Below are positions 21,614 through 32,126 of a DNA stretch of 64,000 nt, piece after piece. Source of the stretch: a virus; the IMG/VR virus record IMGVR_UViG_3300004481_000068; one strand, written 5' to 3'. Position numbers and translations under genes: made by a program. Within the stretch, counting starts at the first letter, position 1. Every line of letters starts with the position of its first letter. The notes under the pieces are model-generated. The model did not search any database. It was not told the origin of the DNA and saw nothing but the letters and a program-made list of their open reading frames with translations.

Positions 21614-22349
21614 ATTTATATTTTTTGCTACAATAGTTTACTGAGATTGGAAGATTATTTTTTTCAACAAAGTCTATAATGCCAAGTGCTGCAGCTTCTG
21701 ACCCTATTATGACGTCGTTGACTATTGTATACTTTCGCTCAGACATTGCACGTCTATTAAAAGCATGCGCTGTGAGTTCATGCAGATTGATGTGCTTTAC
21801 ATTTGCTTTTATTAGATTTGGTATAGTCTTTTTAAGTGTGTCGACGTCTTCTGGTATTGCGGGTATTTCTATAGTTAAAGTTTTAATGGCATTTGCTGCG
21901 ATGATGGGATCGATATTATATTCACGAGAAGCGATGTTGAATCGTAATTCGTTAAGGCCTGCATCATTGAGTTTACTTGCAGTTTCTGGTGTTAATGTCT
22001 GACCGCTAGTATAAGCCCATATATATAAGTTTGGAAATTCTGTGCGTAGTGTTTTTGTGTAGAGTAATAAGTCATCTAATGTCAGTAGTGGATCGCCTCC
22101 TGAGAAACTTACACCGGTAAGGTGCGAGTCTCTTACGAAATTGACATATTCATCTACAGATGAGAATACTTTTCCTGTGGGTTTTTCATACGGTTTGATT
22201 ATTCTATCACCGTGAGGTTTACAGAAGAAGCAATGACGTGGACAATTGTGACTAAAATAAAAGCAAGACCAGTGACAGTCTGCACAGCATTGACAGCCCG
22301 GAGAAAGCGTGCCTGAATAAGTTTTGTTTAATACAGTTGTGTTTATCAT
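21579..22349 (-). CDS. Radical SAM protein (PFL-activase-related type)
   Basis: CPRHCFFC (CxxxCxxC), GVSFSGGDPLL, YIWAYTSG, AGLNELRFN. Confidence 0.85.
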   Translation of the reverse strand: MINTTVLNKTYSGTLSPGCQCCADCHWSCFYFSHNCPRHCFFCKPHGDRIIKPYEKPTGKVFSSVDEYVNFVRDSHLTGVSFSGGDPLLTLDDLLLYTKTLRTEFPNLYIWAYTSGQTLTPETASKLNDAGLNELRFNIASREYNIDPIIAANAIKTLTIEIPAIPEDVDTLKKTIPNLIKANVKHINLHELTAHAFNRRAMSERKYTIVNDVIIGSEAAALGIIDFVEKNNLPISVNYCSKKYKYERLQYKNSCK

Positions 22350-22350
22350 A

Positions 22351-23457
22351 TTAAGTCCTCTCTAAAGAACATTGTTCTTTTTTAGCTAAAGCAAGTGCAT
22401 TTTCGATTGTATGATTCATGTCATAGTATTTATACTCTGCAATTCTGCCGCCAAAGAGTACATTTGCAGGACGCAGTTGCATATATTCAGAGTGAAGACG
22501 ACTGTTTTTTATATCGTTTATAGGGTAGTAAGGGATGTCATTTGGGCTATATGGTTGTGTATATTCGAAAGTCACTACAGTATGCGTCTGCGATCCAAAT
22601 GTAAAATGTTTGTGTTCAATTATTCTTGTGTAGGGCACAGATTCATCGGCAAAATTCATTATTGCTATGCCTTGATAATTGTCTATAGGAAGAGTTTCTG
22701 TAGTAAATGTCAGTCCGATATAGTCTAAGTGTCCTAATTTGTAATCAAAAAATTCATCAATTTTTCCAGTGAATAATATTTTTTCAGCCATCGAGTGTAG
22801 TACTGTGTTGCGTAAATAGTCAGTGTTTCGCAAGATTTCAATCTTGTTTAATAGTCGCTCAAATAGTTTTGTATAACCTTCTTTTGGTATTCCTTGGAAC
22901 GGGTAATTCTCATAATAGCATTCGTAGAAATTAAATGTTAATGGAAGTCGTTTTATAATGCTAATTGGTAAATCTTTTGGGTCACTAAGCCATTTTTTCT
23001 TTATGTAGCCTTTGAATAGTAATTCATATAGTTCTTGACCTACTTGGGATAGTGCCCATTCTTCTAAGTTTTGAGGGTCATTGATTGGGATTCTAACACT
23101 GCTTAATTTTTCTTTAGCTTCTGCCGGAGTCTTAATGCCCCACACTTGATAGAGTGTGGACAGATTGATAGGGAATGAGTACACTTTGCCGCGACTAATA
23201 CTTTTTGTTTGATTTTGACAGCTATTGAATTCTGCAAATTGGTTAACGTAATCCCATATTTCTTTTTTTTCTGTGTGGAAGACATGAGGTCCATATTTAT
23301 GACAATCGATGTCTGCAATTTTTTCAGTATAACAATTACCACCAATATGACGTCTTTTTTCAATTACAAGACAACGGTAACCGGCTTTAGTCATTTCATG
23401 TGCAAACACAGAGCCAAAGAGTCCTGCGCCGACGATTAAGTAGTCATACATGGGCAT
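22351..23457 (-). CDS. glf: UDP-galactopyranose mutase
   Basis: YDYLIVGAGLFG FAD motif, EKRRHIGGNCY, HKYGPHVFHT, YQGIP..GYT, PYTRIIEHKHF, PYYP, FGGRIAEYKYYDM. Confidence 0.95.
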   Translation of the reverse strand: MPMYDYLIVGAGLFGSVFAHEMTKAGYRCLVIEKRRHIGGNCYTEKIADIDCHKYGPHVFHTEKKEIWDYVNQFAEFNSCQNQTKSISRGKVYSFPINLSTLYQVWGIKTPAEAKEKLSSVRIPINDPQNLEEWALSQVGQELYELLFKGYIKKKWLSDPKDLPISIIKRLPLTFNFYECYYENYPFQGIPKEGYTKLFERLLNKIEILRNTDYLRNTVLHSMAEKILFTGKIDEFFDYKLGHLDYIGLTFTTETLPIDNYQGIAIMNFADESVPYTRIIEHKHFTFGSQTHTVVTFEYTQPYSPNDIPYYPINDIKNSRLHSEYMQLRPANVLFGGRIAEYKYYDMNHTIENALALAKKEQCSLERT

Positions 23458-24271
23458 ATTTTATTATTTCTGGATAGTTTTTGTAATTGTTTTTTATGAA
23501 AGCATAGTCGCAAAAAGGCCACCATTTTTTTTGAAAGTATCGTTTATTTTTGTCATTAATTAATTTTGCATTTATCGCATCAATACCTCTTTTTCGTTCA
23601 GGCGGGCTAGTATGATTAATTTTAATGTTCTGGTTGCACATGATTTTAAATCTAGCTTTTCTTGCTTGCATACAGTAATCAACATCTTCTACCCATACAG
23701 GATTATAGTTTTCATCATTTGTGCAAGCTTTGATAACATTATTTTTAATGAAAGCACACGGTAGCCACGCTGATTCTACTTCAAAAACTCTGTTATGCAT
23801 TGCAGGGTCATGTTTGACGCTGCAAGATGGAGGTGACGATATGTAGTTTTTAGAGATGACTTTGACTTCACAAGAATGAATGCGACCGTTGTCTCGTATG
23901 GGACAACAACTAACTATGCCAATACTATTATCAGAATAAGCTGTGTCAATAAATTTTTCTATCCAGTCATCTGTGATGACGACAGCGTCATTATCCATTC
24001 TTATGACATCATTGTCACCTGCGATTTGAAATCCTTTATTTAATGCAGTGCAAATTCCTTGATGAGGCAGTCTAACATACGTCATATTGGCTTTATTATC
24101 ATAATTGACAGCCCAATTTGTTGTATCATCAGGAGATCCGTCATCAATAATGATCAATTCAAATTGTTTGTAAGTACTTTTTTTAAAGATCGACGTGACA
24201 GCTTTTTCAATTGTGCCAATACCATTATATGTGGGCATTATTATTGAGATTTTTTTCATTGAATTATGCAT
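23444..24271 (-). CDS. GT2 family glycosyltransferase
   Basis: ISIIMPTYN, LIIIDDGSPD, ALNKG, RMDNDAVV, VEDVDYC. Confidence 0.9.
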   Translation of the reverse strand: MHNSMKKISIIMPTYNGIGTIEKAVTSIFKKSTYKQFELIIIDDGSPDDTTNWAVNYDNKANMTYVRLPHQGICTALNKGFQIAGDNDVIRMDNDAVVITDDWIEKFIDTAYSDNSIGIVSCCPIRDNGRIHSCEVKVISKNYISSPPSCSVKHDPAMHNRVFEVESAWLPCAFIKNNVIKACTNDENYNPVWVEDVDYCMQARKARFKIMCNQNIKINHTSPPERKRGIDAINAKLINDKNKRYFQKKWWPFCDYAFIKNNYKNYPEIIKYAHV

Positions 24272-24921
24272 CCTATTCCAAAATAATTTAAATGTTCCGG
24301 ATCATGTATAAATTCTTTTTTAAATACTGCAGTTTTCTTTAATTCATTCCAAAATTTGCTGGCTCCGGGGCAGCTTTGATCGTTAATATCATGAAAAGCA
24401 CAAATACGAGCAGATCGTCCAACACATGCATAGTCTAGCATTATTGATTTATATGTGTGATCTCCGTCAATGAAACAAAAATCGAATGTGAATTTTTTTT
24501 GTTTGAATTGATTGCTTGATGCAGGAAAAAATTCAATGGGAAGATCTTTAAAAGATTGAATTAGTTTAGCAAAATCAAAATTTAATGCGTCTAATGTCAC
24601 AAATGAATGTGTGTCAGACCATCTTTGCAAGTAGGCAGCCATGATGACTGCTGTGTAGCCAGATCCTGTGCCAATTTCAATTCCTGATGAAATATGCATG
24701 TCACTAAGAAATATTAAAAATTCTGCTAATTCATGCGGTTGTTGCCACAGTCCTTGTTTTGGAATTGCGCATTCGTAGATTTTATCTTTACCATAAAGAT
24801 TTCTAGTATCAGGGTATAGTCCGACGTTTTTTATGAGTGATGAAACAAATTCAACATTATGCAGCTCATTAAGCGACACTTTTTTTATAGTGTCGACAGT
24901 TTGACGAAGTGATTGTGGCAT
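24256..24921 (-). CDS. Class I SAM methyltransferase (Methyltransf_24-like)
   Basis: IEIGTGSGYT, FDFCFIDGDHTY, CAFHDI. Confidence 0.8.
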   Translation of the reverse strand: MPQSLRQTVDTIKKVSLNELHNVEFVSSLIKNVGLYPDTRNLYGKDKIYECAIPKQGLWQQPHELAEFLIFLSDMHISSGIEIGTGSGYTAVIMAAYLQRWSDTHSFVTLDALNFDFAKLIQSFKDLPIEFFPASSNQFKQKKFTFDFCFIDGDHTYKSIMLDYACVGRSARICAFHDINDQSCPGASKFWNELKKTAVFKKEFIHDPEHLNYFGIGCIIQ

Positions 24922-24939
24922 GATTTTTTATATGTCAAA

Positions 24940-25512
24940 TTAGTCTTCAGATTTTACGTAGTGCCAAGTAGTAGTGTTTTGGTCTTCAAAAGCAGAATTA
25001 TTGAATAGTTTATACCCTAGTGACTCTAGTTTAGGTCGCAATGCATCATAGAGTTTTACTCTAGTTGGTTCATCTTTATCAGCTGTAAATGTGAATTGTG
25101 TTGGTTGTTTAGATGAGATATGACCGATCATAGCACTAATGGCTGTACGAGCAGCAGTAATAGGAAATGCAGTCGGTGATGCTTTTTGTTTAAATGGGTC
25201 TTCCCATGGTTCACTAGTTTTTCCTAATGAGAATGAATAATGTGTACTATTTCGCGGTAGTTTATGAAGAAGTAGTAAGTTTTGTAGTTTTTTTGATTCA
25301 GGAATAACACTATTGTCAGCTGTAATAGTCAGCACATCATCAGGCAGGTTAAATGTCACAAATTCAACTGGGCCAAGTGAGTGCCAGTTTGTTAGCGAGT
25401 ACTTTGATCGATGCACTTGTAAGTATTTTTCTTGACTTTCAGGTGATCGCTTAGACCACCAATCAGTGGCAAGATTTAAGAACTCTGTCTGTATTGTTGC
25501 AATGTGCCTCAT
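24940..25512 (-). CDS. Leader-motif protein
   Basis: MRHIATIQTEFLNLATDWWSKRSPESQEKYLQVHRSK; C-terminal FTFTADK.E.TRVKLY. Confidence 0.7.
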   Translation of the reverse strand: MRHIATIQTEFLNLATDWWSKRSPESQEKYLQVHRSKYSLTNWHSLGPVEFVTFNLPDDVLTITADNSVIPESKKLQNLLLLHKLPRNSTHYSFSLGKTSEPWEDPFKQKASPTAFPITAARTAISAMIGHISSKQPTQFTFTADKDEPTRVKLYDALRPKLESLGYKLFNNSAFEDQNTTTWHYVKSED

Positions 25513-25781
25513 GTGTATTGCGTGACTATCAAATCACTATTTATTATTTGCAGGTTCATCAAAAGGATATTGTGTAGATAACCAAAGTGGCGGTTGAGTG
25601 TCACCTGCATGGACGCACAGCCATAATTTTCCGGTAAATAAGAATCTTAGTCTGTCCCAAAGTGATCCGTGCCAGCATGTTATAGTGTCCATGCCGTCAT
25701 TGTAAACAGGCAGTTGCATGCAGTTTAGCATTCCTCGCGGACTTTTGAAAAATTGGTTTTTTTCAGCAAAATTAATTGGCT

Positions 25782-26252
25782 TCATTTTTTGTTCCTTATT
25801 TTCGGCGATTCAAAATCGTTTAAAGCTAGTTCTTTACGTGTGATTTGATTAAAGTCATTATATGTACTATAATCAACTGTTAATTCATCACCTGGTTTAA
25901 TATCACATAGAGTTATGAAGTCATCGCCCTCGCCGATTTCTCGCATGTTGGGAGTAGTAGAATGGTTTATGAAGAATGAGATATCGATTCTAGGTATGCC
26001 ACAAGAGGGTAGATAATATTTACCATTTTGCAGCGCGCACATGTCTTTGACATATTTTTGTATTTCAGGTTTAAGTTTTTTGAGATCGTCTGGTGTGATG
26101 GGTGTCCAATGACCTGTAAAGCAGCCTTTGAATGGTTTAGTTCCTTTTGGGATTTTTTTTATCGCAAATACACCGACGCCCGCTATAGGAGAGGGCATTA
26201 GACGACAATAGACATCATGTTGCAATTGTTCTAATAGTTGTTCTTTGTCCAT
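25782..26252 (-). CDS. SET-domain protein (putative lysine methyltransferase)
   Basis: SPIAGVGVFA..IPKGT, FINHSTTPN, DIKPGDELTVDY. Confidence 0.9.
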   Translation of the reverse strand: MDKEQLLEQLQHDVYCRLMPSPIAGVGVFAIKKIPKGTKPFKGCFTGHWTPITPDDLKKLKPEIQKYVKDMCALQNGKYYLPSCGIPRIDISFFINHSTTPNMREIGEGDDFITLCDIKPGDELTVDYSTYNDFNQITRKELALNDFESPKIRNKK

Positions 26253-26507
26253 TTGTGTTTACTTTAGTCTAAATATTGTAAGATATTGTCGAGCAGATGA
26301 TTGATTTCATTGACGTCAATGCCTGTGCAAAGACTGATTACATATATTGGTGCTCCGTTTGAATACAAGAATAGTATCTCATTAATAGCGTCTCTATTAG
26401 TAAAAGGTAACGGGTCTAACTGTTGTTCAAGCATGTTAGTATTGTTTCTAAAAAGGCAAGCACACATGGATATTTGATTACCCACATCCTATGTCTATTC
26501 TATCTAC

Positions 26508-26609
26508 GCTAGTTCATTCGCCGCTCAACGCGGAAGCTAGCTCGTCGCCGGACAGACACGAGGCGGCACAGTAACCTGTTTTCTCGCTCGGCAAGGATTG
26601 TGCGCTTGC
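26508..26609. ncRNA. Candidate structured non-coding RNA
   Basis: GC-rich intergenic island with complementary pairs GCTAGTT/AGCTAGC, GCCGC/GCGGC, TCGT/ACGA, ACAG/CTGT and GCAAG/CTTGC. Confidence 0.4.
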
Positions 26610-27852
26610 ATTCATGATTTTTTTAATATTATTTTAAGATTCTTTTTGCCATTTAATATATCATGAACTTGATGCCAAAAGTGATCATCTATTACTGGCG
26701 TTGCCGGTATACCAAATACAGGATCTTTTTCTTCTTTTTTGAGGCCGTACGAGTTCAAATGCTTGATGATGACGTCCATGAATTTTGAATAACTGTTTAG
26801 ATCGATTTTTTTTAATGCCTTTGTTGTGTCTATAATTTGATCGTTGAAATATTGACTTCGAAGATGGCAGGATGATATAGCACACCATAATTTTTTAGAT
26901 ATAGGATTAGAGAATATCCACTTTAACTTTTTATTAATTGATAAATTACCAGACAATGTCATTTCTTCAGGTATGTTTATCATAGTGTTATCCAGCCGTT
27001 TTTTGGTATAGGCAATTCAAGATATTTTCCTGTTATACTTTCACTGCTAGGTCGTCTAGTGTCAGGCAAAAAATCATTTTGAATATGTTTTAAAAATAAA
27101 GATACAAATGTAGACATGTCACATTTATTCTTGTCAACACGTCCAATACAACTGTCACTGCAATCACGATCTGACCAGAAGATCCAAAGACTATTTTCTG
27201 TATGAGCAAAGATAATTAAATCGTCTAACGTATCTAAGATCATATCATCATCAGGTATTTTTGCGAATAATTCTTGATATTGATTATCGAGTTTTTCTTT
27301 GACAAACTGTTCATCTACTTTTAGTCTTTCATCAGCATTGAAATGGCCTGAATTTTCGCCGAGTTTTTCAAGTATTAGCTGATTTTTAATAGGATGCATT
27401 ATGGAGTAGCGCTCGATTAAGAACATCTTATCGATTTTAACGTAGTTGATAAGTCCGTTAAGAAACGTTGTTGCTATATAAATATAAAATGTGTTTTGCG
27501 GTACGCCTCGTTCAGCGACCATATCACCGGGATATTCATAATAACCGTCAAATAAATTAAAAAATTCAGGCATTTCAGATGTTGAGTTCATAATTTTCAG
27601 AATTCTATACGTCTAGTGTCTACAGAAACTGCAAATATTTTATTAAGCCAGTCTGTAAGTTCTTTTTTTACAAGAGTTTTTGCTTTTCTTTTTGATATGA
27701 AGCCGTGAACTCGTCGTTTAAAAAGATAAGCTTCCCAATCTGTCGGTGAATGACAAATTATTGTAGCTATTTCTTCACCACAGAGTTTACCGATATATTT
27801 ATCGCCGACATATTTCCATTGAATTCTAATCATATTTATTCCTTTGATGATT

Positions 27853-28356
27853 TTATATGTCTGACAGCCAGTCTAGCCAAATTTGATTTATCTCTCTAAT
27901 TTTTCCTCGGCAATTTTCTGGTATTACAGGCCCTTTATCGAATATTTTTTCGAGAATGACAAACCAATGATCAGGACTAGTTTTCATTTCATCAATGATC
28001 AAGGGCACAACTTGTTGACCAAGTGCCACTATTTTTTTAGCTGATTCAGTTTCGCCTAACTTGAATGACATGAACCTAGTATCATGACGCCATTGTTCTT
28101 TTAAATTGTGAAAGTCTTCTCTAAGATTAACCCAAGTAGGTTTATGTCGGCCAACACTAATACTAAAACGTTTATGAACTTCACTAACAAAATCATTCCA
28201 GTGTGCGGTGTTGTTTTCTGTGTGTATGATAGTTTTAGTATTGTCGTTAGAGTCAAAGTCAAAGTATTCTGTGCTAGTTTCACAGAATCTTGCTAGACAA
28301 CAGAGTCGACTGTTGATCCATACTGTTTTTTTATCTGAAGACGCATATGCAATCAT
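27853..28356 (-). CDS. Hypothetical two-module protein
   Basis: 167 aa; C-terminal IVALGQQVVPLIIDEM...PDHWFVIL...RGKIRE...WLDW helical module. Confidence 0.55.
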   Translation of the reverse strand: MIAYASSDKKTVWINSRLCCLARFCETSTEYFDFDSNDNTKTIIHTENNTAHWNDFVSEVHKRFSISVGRHKPTWVNLREDFHNLKEQWRHDTRFMSFKLGETESAKKIVALGQQVVPLIIDEMKTSPDHWFVILEKIFDKGPVIPENCRGKIREINQIWLDWLSDI

Positions 28357-29470
28357 TTGTTGATTCTCGTTGTTGTTTGAGGAGTTCTAATTATGCGACA
28401 CTAACTGCGATCGAGACTTTTAATAATCACAGATCCCGTGATCTGAATTTTATTTTTGCAATCATCAAACATACACCATTTATGTCTAAAAGCCGGACGT
28501 GAAAGAGAAACCCATTTTCTAATAACTTTATTGTTGAAACTTAATAAAGTTATTTCATGCTTGTCTATAATTGCCGGATTGGGATTTAGAATTAAAGCGC
28601 TTTCTGGCATAGATGTGTCGATTTTTTCTTCGACCACTATAGCCGGCATCATAACAGTAACTTTATCAATGATGCAGGGCCCTTGGTCATACCAAGCTAC
28701 GTGATCTGCTTTATATTTTTTAGCTATGCGCCCAAAGGCATCATAAGTTGTTACAGTCATTTTTTTCATATTATTTTTTGTGTTTGCGTTTAGCAGCTTG
28801 TTCGACTTGTTTAGCAGCTTGTTGTGTTTCTTTAAGTTCTTTTTCTGTGTCTCCGTTTACAGCTTTCCAAGTAAAATAATATAATAATGAAATATCTTTA
28901 TTACATTTAGGGCACACCCAATGCGCACGACCAACGTGCTTGGCATCTTTTAATATGTCAATGTCGCAGTCACACATTTTGTTATCCTATTCCCCACCCG
29001 CATGTTCCTTCTGCCCATTTTGGTTTTTTACATTTATGCCATTTTCCATGAAAACGATGAGGGTCAGATGAATCAACTATCCATATGTACCAATATTCTT
29101 TTGTTTCACTAAACATTTCTGCAGGTATTCCACTGCCAAGTTTTTGAATTAATGCATGAGTATAATAGCAACATTCAGCCATGTCTCCTGCATTATTATC
29201 TACTGCAGTTTGAGCTTCTTTTAACGTTGGATACCAGCCCCAGCATCGAGGGTCGTGTGCTTTAGAATTAAATTTTCCGCTTTCTAATTGGCGACCGTCA
29301 ATGGAAGTTACTGTATAAATGTACTTTACTGATTTTCCACAATAGCCTTGCGCAGTGCCAAGAAAAGTGACGTTCGTAATTTTTTTAGAACCGTTTTTAA
29401 CTTTTTCTAAAAGATCACGATCAACACCTTTGTCAATTAAATGCACATTTGATTTTTTCATTGTCACTCC

Positions 29471-30421
29471 TTAATTGTCTTCGACCCATTTAACATTTTC
29501 TACTTTGTATTTGAACATGCCATTAGATAATGATTGTATTGGTATTTCATTAACATATATTTTTTCTGATTCATCGTCAACATCCGAAATTATTACTAAA
29601 GTGTCATTTTTTAACCAAGCTTTAGCTTTTTGTTTTATAGGAATAGGAGCACCATTTTTAATGATTGATGCTTCTTCAGAATGAAATCTGGAGTTTTCTT
29701 TTAGTTCATTTAGATAGTCATCTATTTTATACGAACCTGTAATACATCCACCTTGACGCAACCAATATTTTTTTGAAGTGTATTGCGGAGCATAATTTTG
29801 ATTTGGTTTAATGTCGAGAACTTGCGCACAGATTCTTGGATCGAGACGGTATGTCTGCTCGTCATCGTCATGACGAATTGCATTATTAGTATTGCCTTCA
29901 AAAAATTGGTGGTACCTTATTAAGTGTATGTGAAGTTGTGAGAAAAATATAGATTCATTAGGCTGCGTGCGCTTTGTAATGGTGTAATCTGTGTCAGACA
30001 ATGCTGTTAAGTGTCTTTCTTCAGGCCAAGCTATTCCGAAAGATGTGTCCATATCATCAGCACAACCGAACGGGCAATGTTCATAACCTCTATAAGAGAC
30101 CCATGAAACTTTATAAACATCTTCTACAATGATGCCTTTGTCAATGAGTTTCCAATAGTCACAAGATTTTGATAGAACACTAGCTTTATGTCTAGCTTTT
30201 TGTGTTAAAGTTTCTAATCTATCAGCAAATTGTTCGTATGTTAAGTTTAGATTTTGTAGAGTTTTTTTATCATCATCAATGACTGATAATAAAGATTCTC
30301 CTTTGCCTAAAAATCCAGCATTAGACTGCTGTCCGGGTTGCATGCGAGCTTCTAATTTGACTATTTGCTCCGGTGTGTAGTTCATAGGAACATAATCAAG
30401 CCAATAGTCATTGACATACAA
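29471..30421 (-). CDS. Hypothetical protein
   Basis: 316-aa ORF; GFLG..ESL, RGYEHCPF and HLIRYHQFFEG motifs. Confidence 0.6.
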   Translation of the reverse strand: MYVNDYWLDYVPMNYTPEQIVKLEARMQPGQQSNAGFLGKGESLLSVIDDDKKTLQNLNLTYEQFADRLETLTQKARHKASVLSKSCDYWKLIDKGIIVEDVYKVSWVSYRGYEHCPFGCADDMDTSFGIAWPEERHLTALSDTDYTITKRTQPNESIFFSQLHIHLIRYHQFFEGNTNNAIRHDDDEQTYRLDPRICAQVLDIKPNQNYAPQYTSKKYWLRQGGCITGSYKIDDYLNELKENSRFHSEEASIIKNGAPIPIKQKAKAWLKNDTLVIISDVDDESEKIYVNEIPIQSLSNGMFKYKVENVKWVEDN

Positions 30422-30821
30422 TAGTTATTATTTTTGTAGATTGACTTTGCTGGGCTTCATCCATGCCATTGCCAGGTAGACATGATGATGCCATACAGAA
30501 AATTGACAAGAGTGAGATTAGCAGGTACCAGACAATTTTGAGCATATTTTAAACCTTTCATAAGTTTGTTTTCCTTGTTAACAGGTCTTTTATAATAATA
30601 TGTGAAACTGCATGCGTTTAAGACAGAAGTAAAAGCTATAGCAATTTACATTATAGCAGAAGTCACTCTTTTGGAACATGTATTATGATTTTTCTTTTCC
30701 TTATTTCTGCAATTATTTCTCGTCTTTTTTTCGCATCCTTAAATACTTCTCGAAACGCCCATACAAGAAGTCCTAGACTCATGATTGCCATAATGGCTAA
30801 ATAAATTTTGAATCCTGACAT

Positions 30822-32126
30822 TTATTCCCATTGAACACAAATGCTTTGTTTTCCAGTATCGGCAATATGATAAAACAATATTTCATTAAAGGGTGCAACT
30901 TGATTGTTAACACCAACACTTACTTTTTTGTATGAAGACGGGATAAATATTATTGTCGGGTCTTTTAATCCGCAAGCATTATATGTTAGACAAAAAGATT
31001 TTGGTTGACGGTCTATTTTTGGATTTATACCAGCTATCCGTTGAGCATATATTTGTATTAGTTTTGGCATAACTACTGTGTCAGTGTTACCAGAGTCATC
31101 AACTACTTGTCCTCTTTCATATGAATAATATGTCCAACCAAAAAAGAATTTATCAGCAAGCCCAAGAAAGTCATCTAAATATTTAAGATATCCGTTTTGT
31201 ACTATATTACCTGTGACTGCAAATTCTCCAAATGTCATAGGTACACCAAACTTTTGTGCTTCTCCTACTTTACACGGAATAGCATTTAACATTAAAAGTC
31301 TATTTGTTTCTTGGTATGGCTTTCCTTCATGTGTCAAAGGGTCATAATAGTGTGGGAAATACACGCATGTTGAATCAGGTTTAAATTTTAATTGAGTTGG
31401 TATTCCTGCACTTGTACACATCCACGGTTCAAAAAACATTTTTGCTTTAAATTTATTTTGTTGTATCATATTTTGAATTTTTGTGTATAGATCAGTTAAA
31501 ACTGTTTGCTCGAATTTGATGTTAGTGCCCGGGAAAGGTTCGTTCATTACATCTACTCCAATGACTAACGAGTCAAACCATGAAAGAGCATACTTGACAA
31601 CATTGATATATTTTTGTTTTAAGCTGTCAGTTTTCCAAAATTCATTATAAGAAGTAATTACTGCGGGTTCAAGATAGTTCAAATTCCACGGTGTTTGTTG
31701 ATGAAAAGGGATTCCGTGATCGTTGATAGTCCACGCAGGAAATCCATTTCCTGTAAACTTTTCAGCATATAAATCTTGATGAAAATCAATAACGACGTCA
31801 ATGCCTAAAGCTTTAAGCTGTTTTAAACGGATAAGTGTAGCTGACATGTAGGCAGTGTCGTAATGATTTTCAGTAGGTTCAATTGCTTCCCAAAAAATCA
31901 GGTATCTTACAAAGTTGAAACCCCAATCTTGTAGTCGTTTGAAATCTTTTTCTTGTTGCCATGGTAAAAATGGAGAACCTTTTGACGAATTACAGATATT
32001 GATGCCATGATGAATGACGATTCTTCCTTGCACATCTTTGATGTAGTGATTATTGTCAGGAGAAATATCACAATGTATGAACAAAAAGCAGCAAGCGACA
32101 ACGAGCAGCATGTTAAGGGTCTTCAT
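30822..32126 (-). CDS. GH5 glycoside hydrolase, endoglycoceramidase-like, with probable lipoprotein signal
   Basis: DVQGRIVIHHGIN, GFNFVRYLIFWEAIEP, DFHQDLY, MNEP (acid/base Glu), PHYYD, FGEF (nucleophile Glu); N-terminus MKTLNMLLVVACCFLFIHC. Confidence 0.85.
   Translation of the reverse strand: MKTLNMLLVVACCFLFIHCDISPDNNHYIKDVQGRIVIHHGINICNSSKGSPFLPWQQEKDFKRLQDWGFNFVRYLIFWEAIEPTENHYDTAYMSATLIRLKQLKALGIDVVIDFHQDLYAEKFTGNGFPAWTINDHGIPFHQQTPWNLNYLEPAVITSYNEFWKTDSLKQKYINVVKYALSWFDSLVIGVDVMNEPFPGTNIKFEQTVLTDLYTKIQNMIQQNKFKAKMFFEPWMCTSAGIPTQLKFKPDSTCVYFPHYYDPLTHEGKPYQETNRLLMLNAIPCKVGEAQKFGVPMTFGEFAVTGNIVQNGYLKYLDDFLGLADKFFFGWTYYSYERGQVVDDSGNTDTVVMPKLIQIYAQRIAGINPKIDRQPKSFCLTYNACGLKDPTIIFIPSSYKKVSVGVNNQVAPFNEILFYHIADTGKQSICVQWE

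Noticed and set aside
21679-23439. Antisense ORFs within the radical SAM and glf genes (21679, 22411, 23209) and similar shadows in the 50-63 kb operons
   Set aside because: They overlap well-supported genes on the opposite strand and have no SD or motifs
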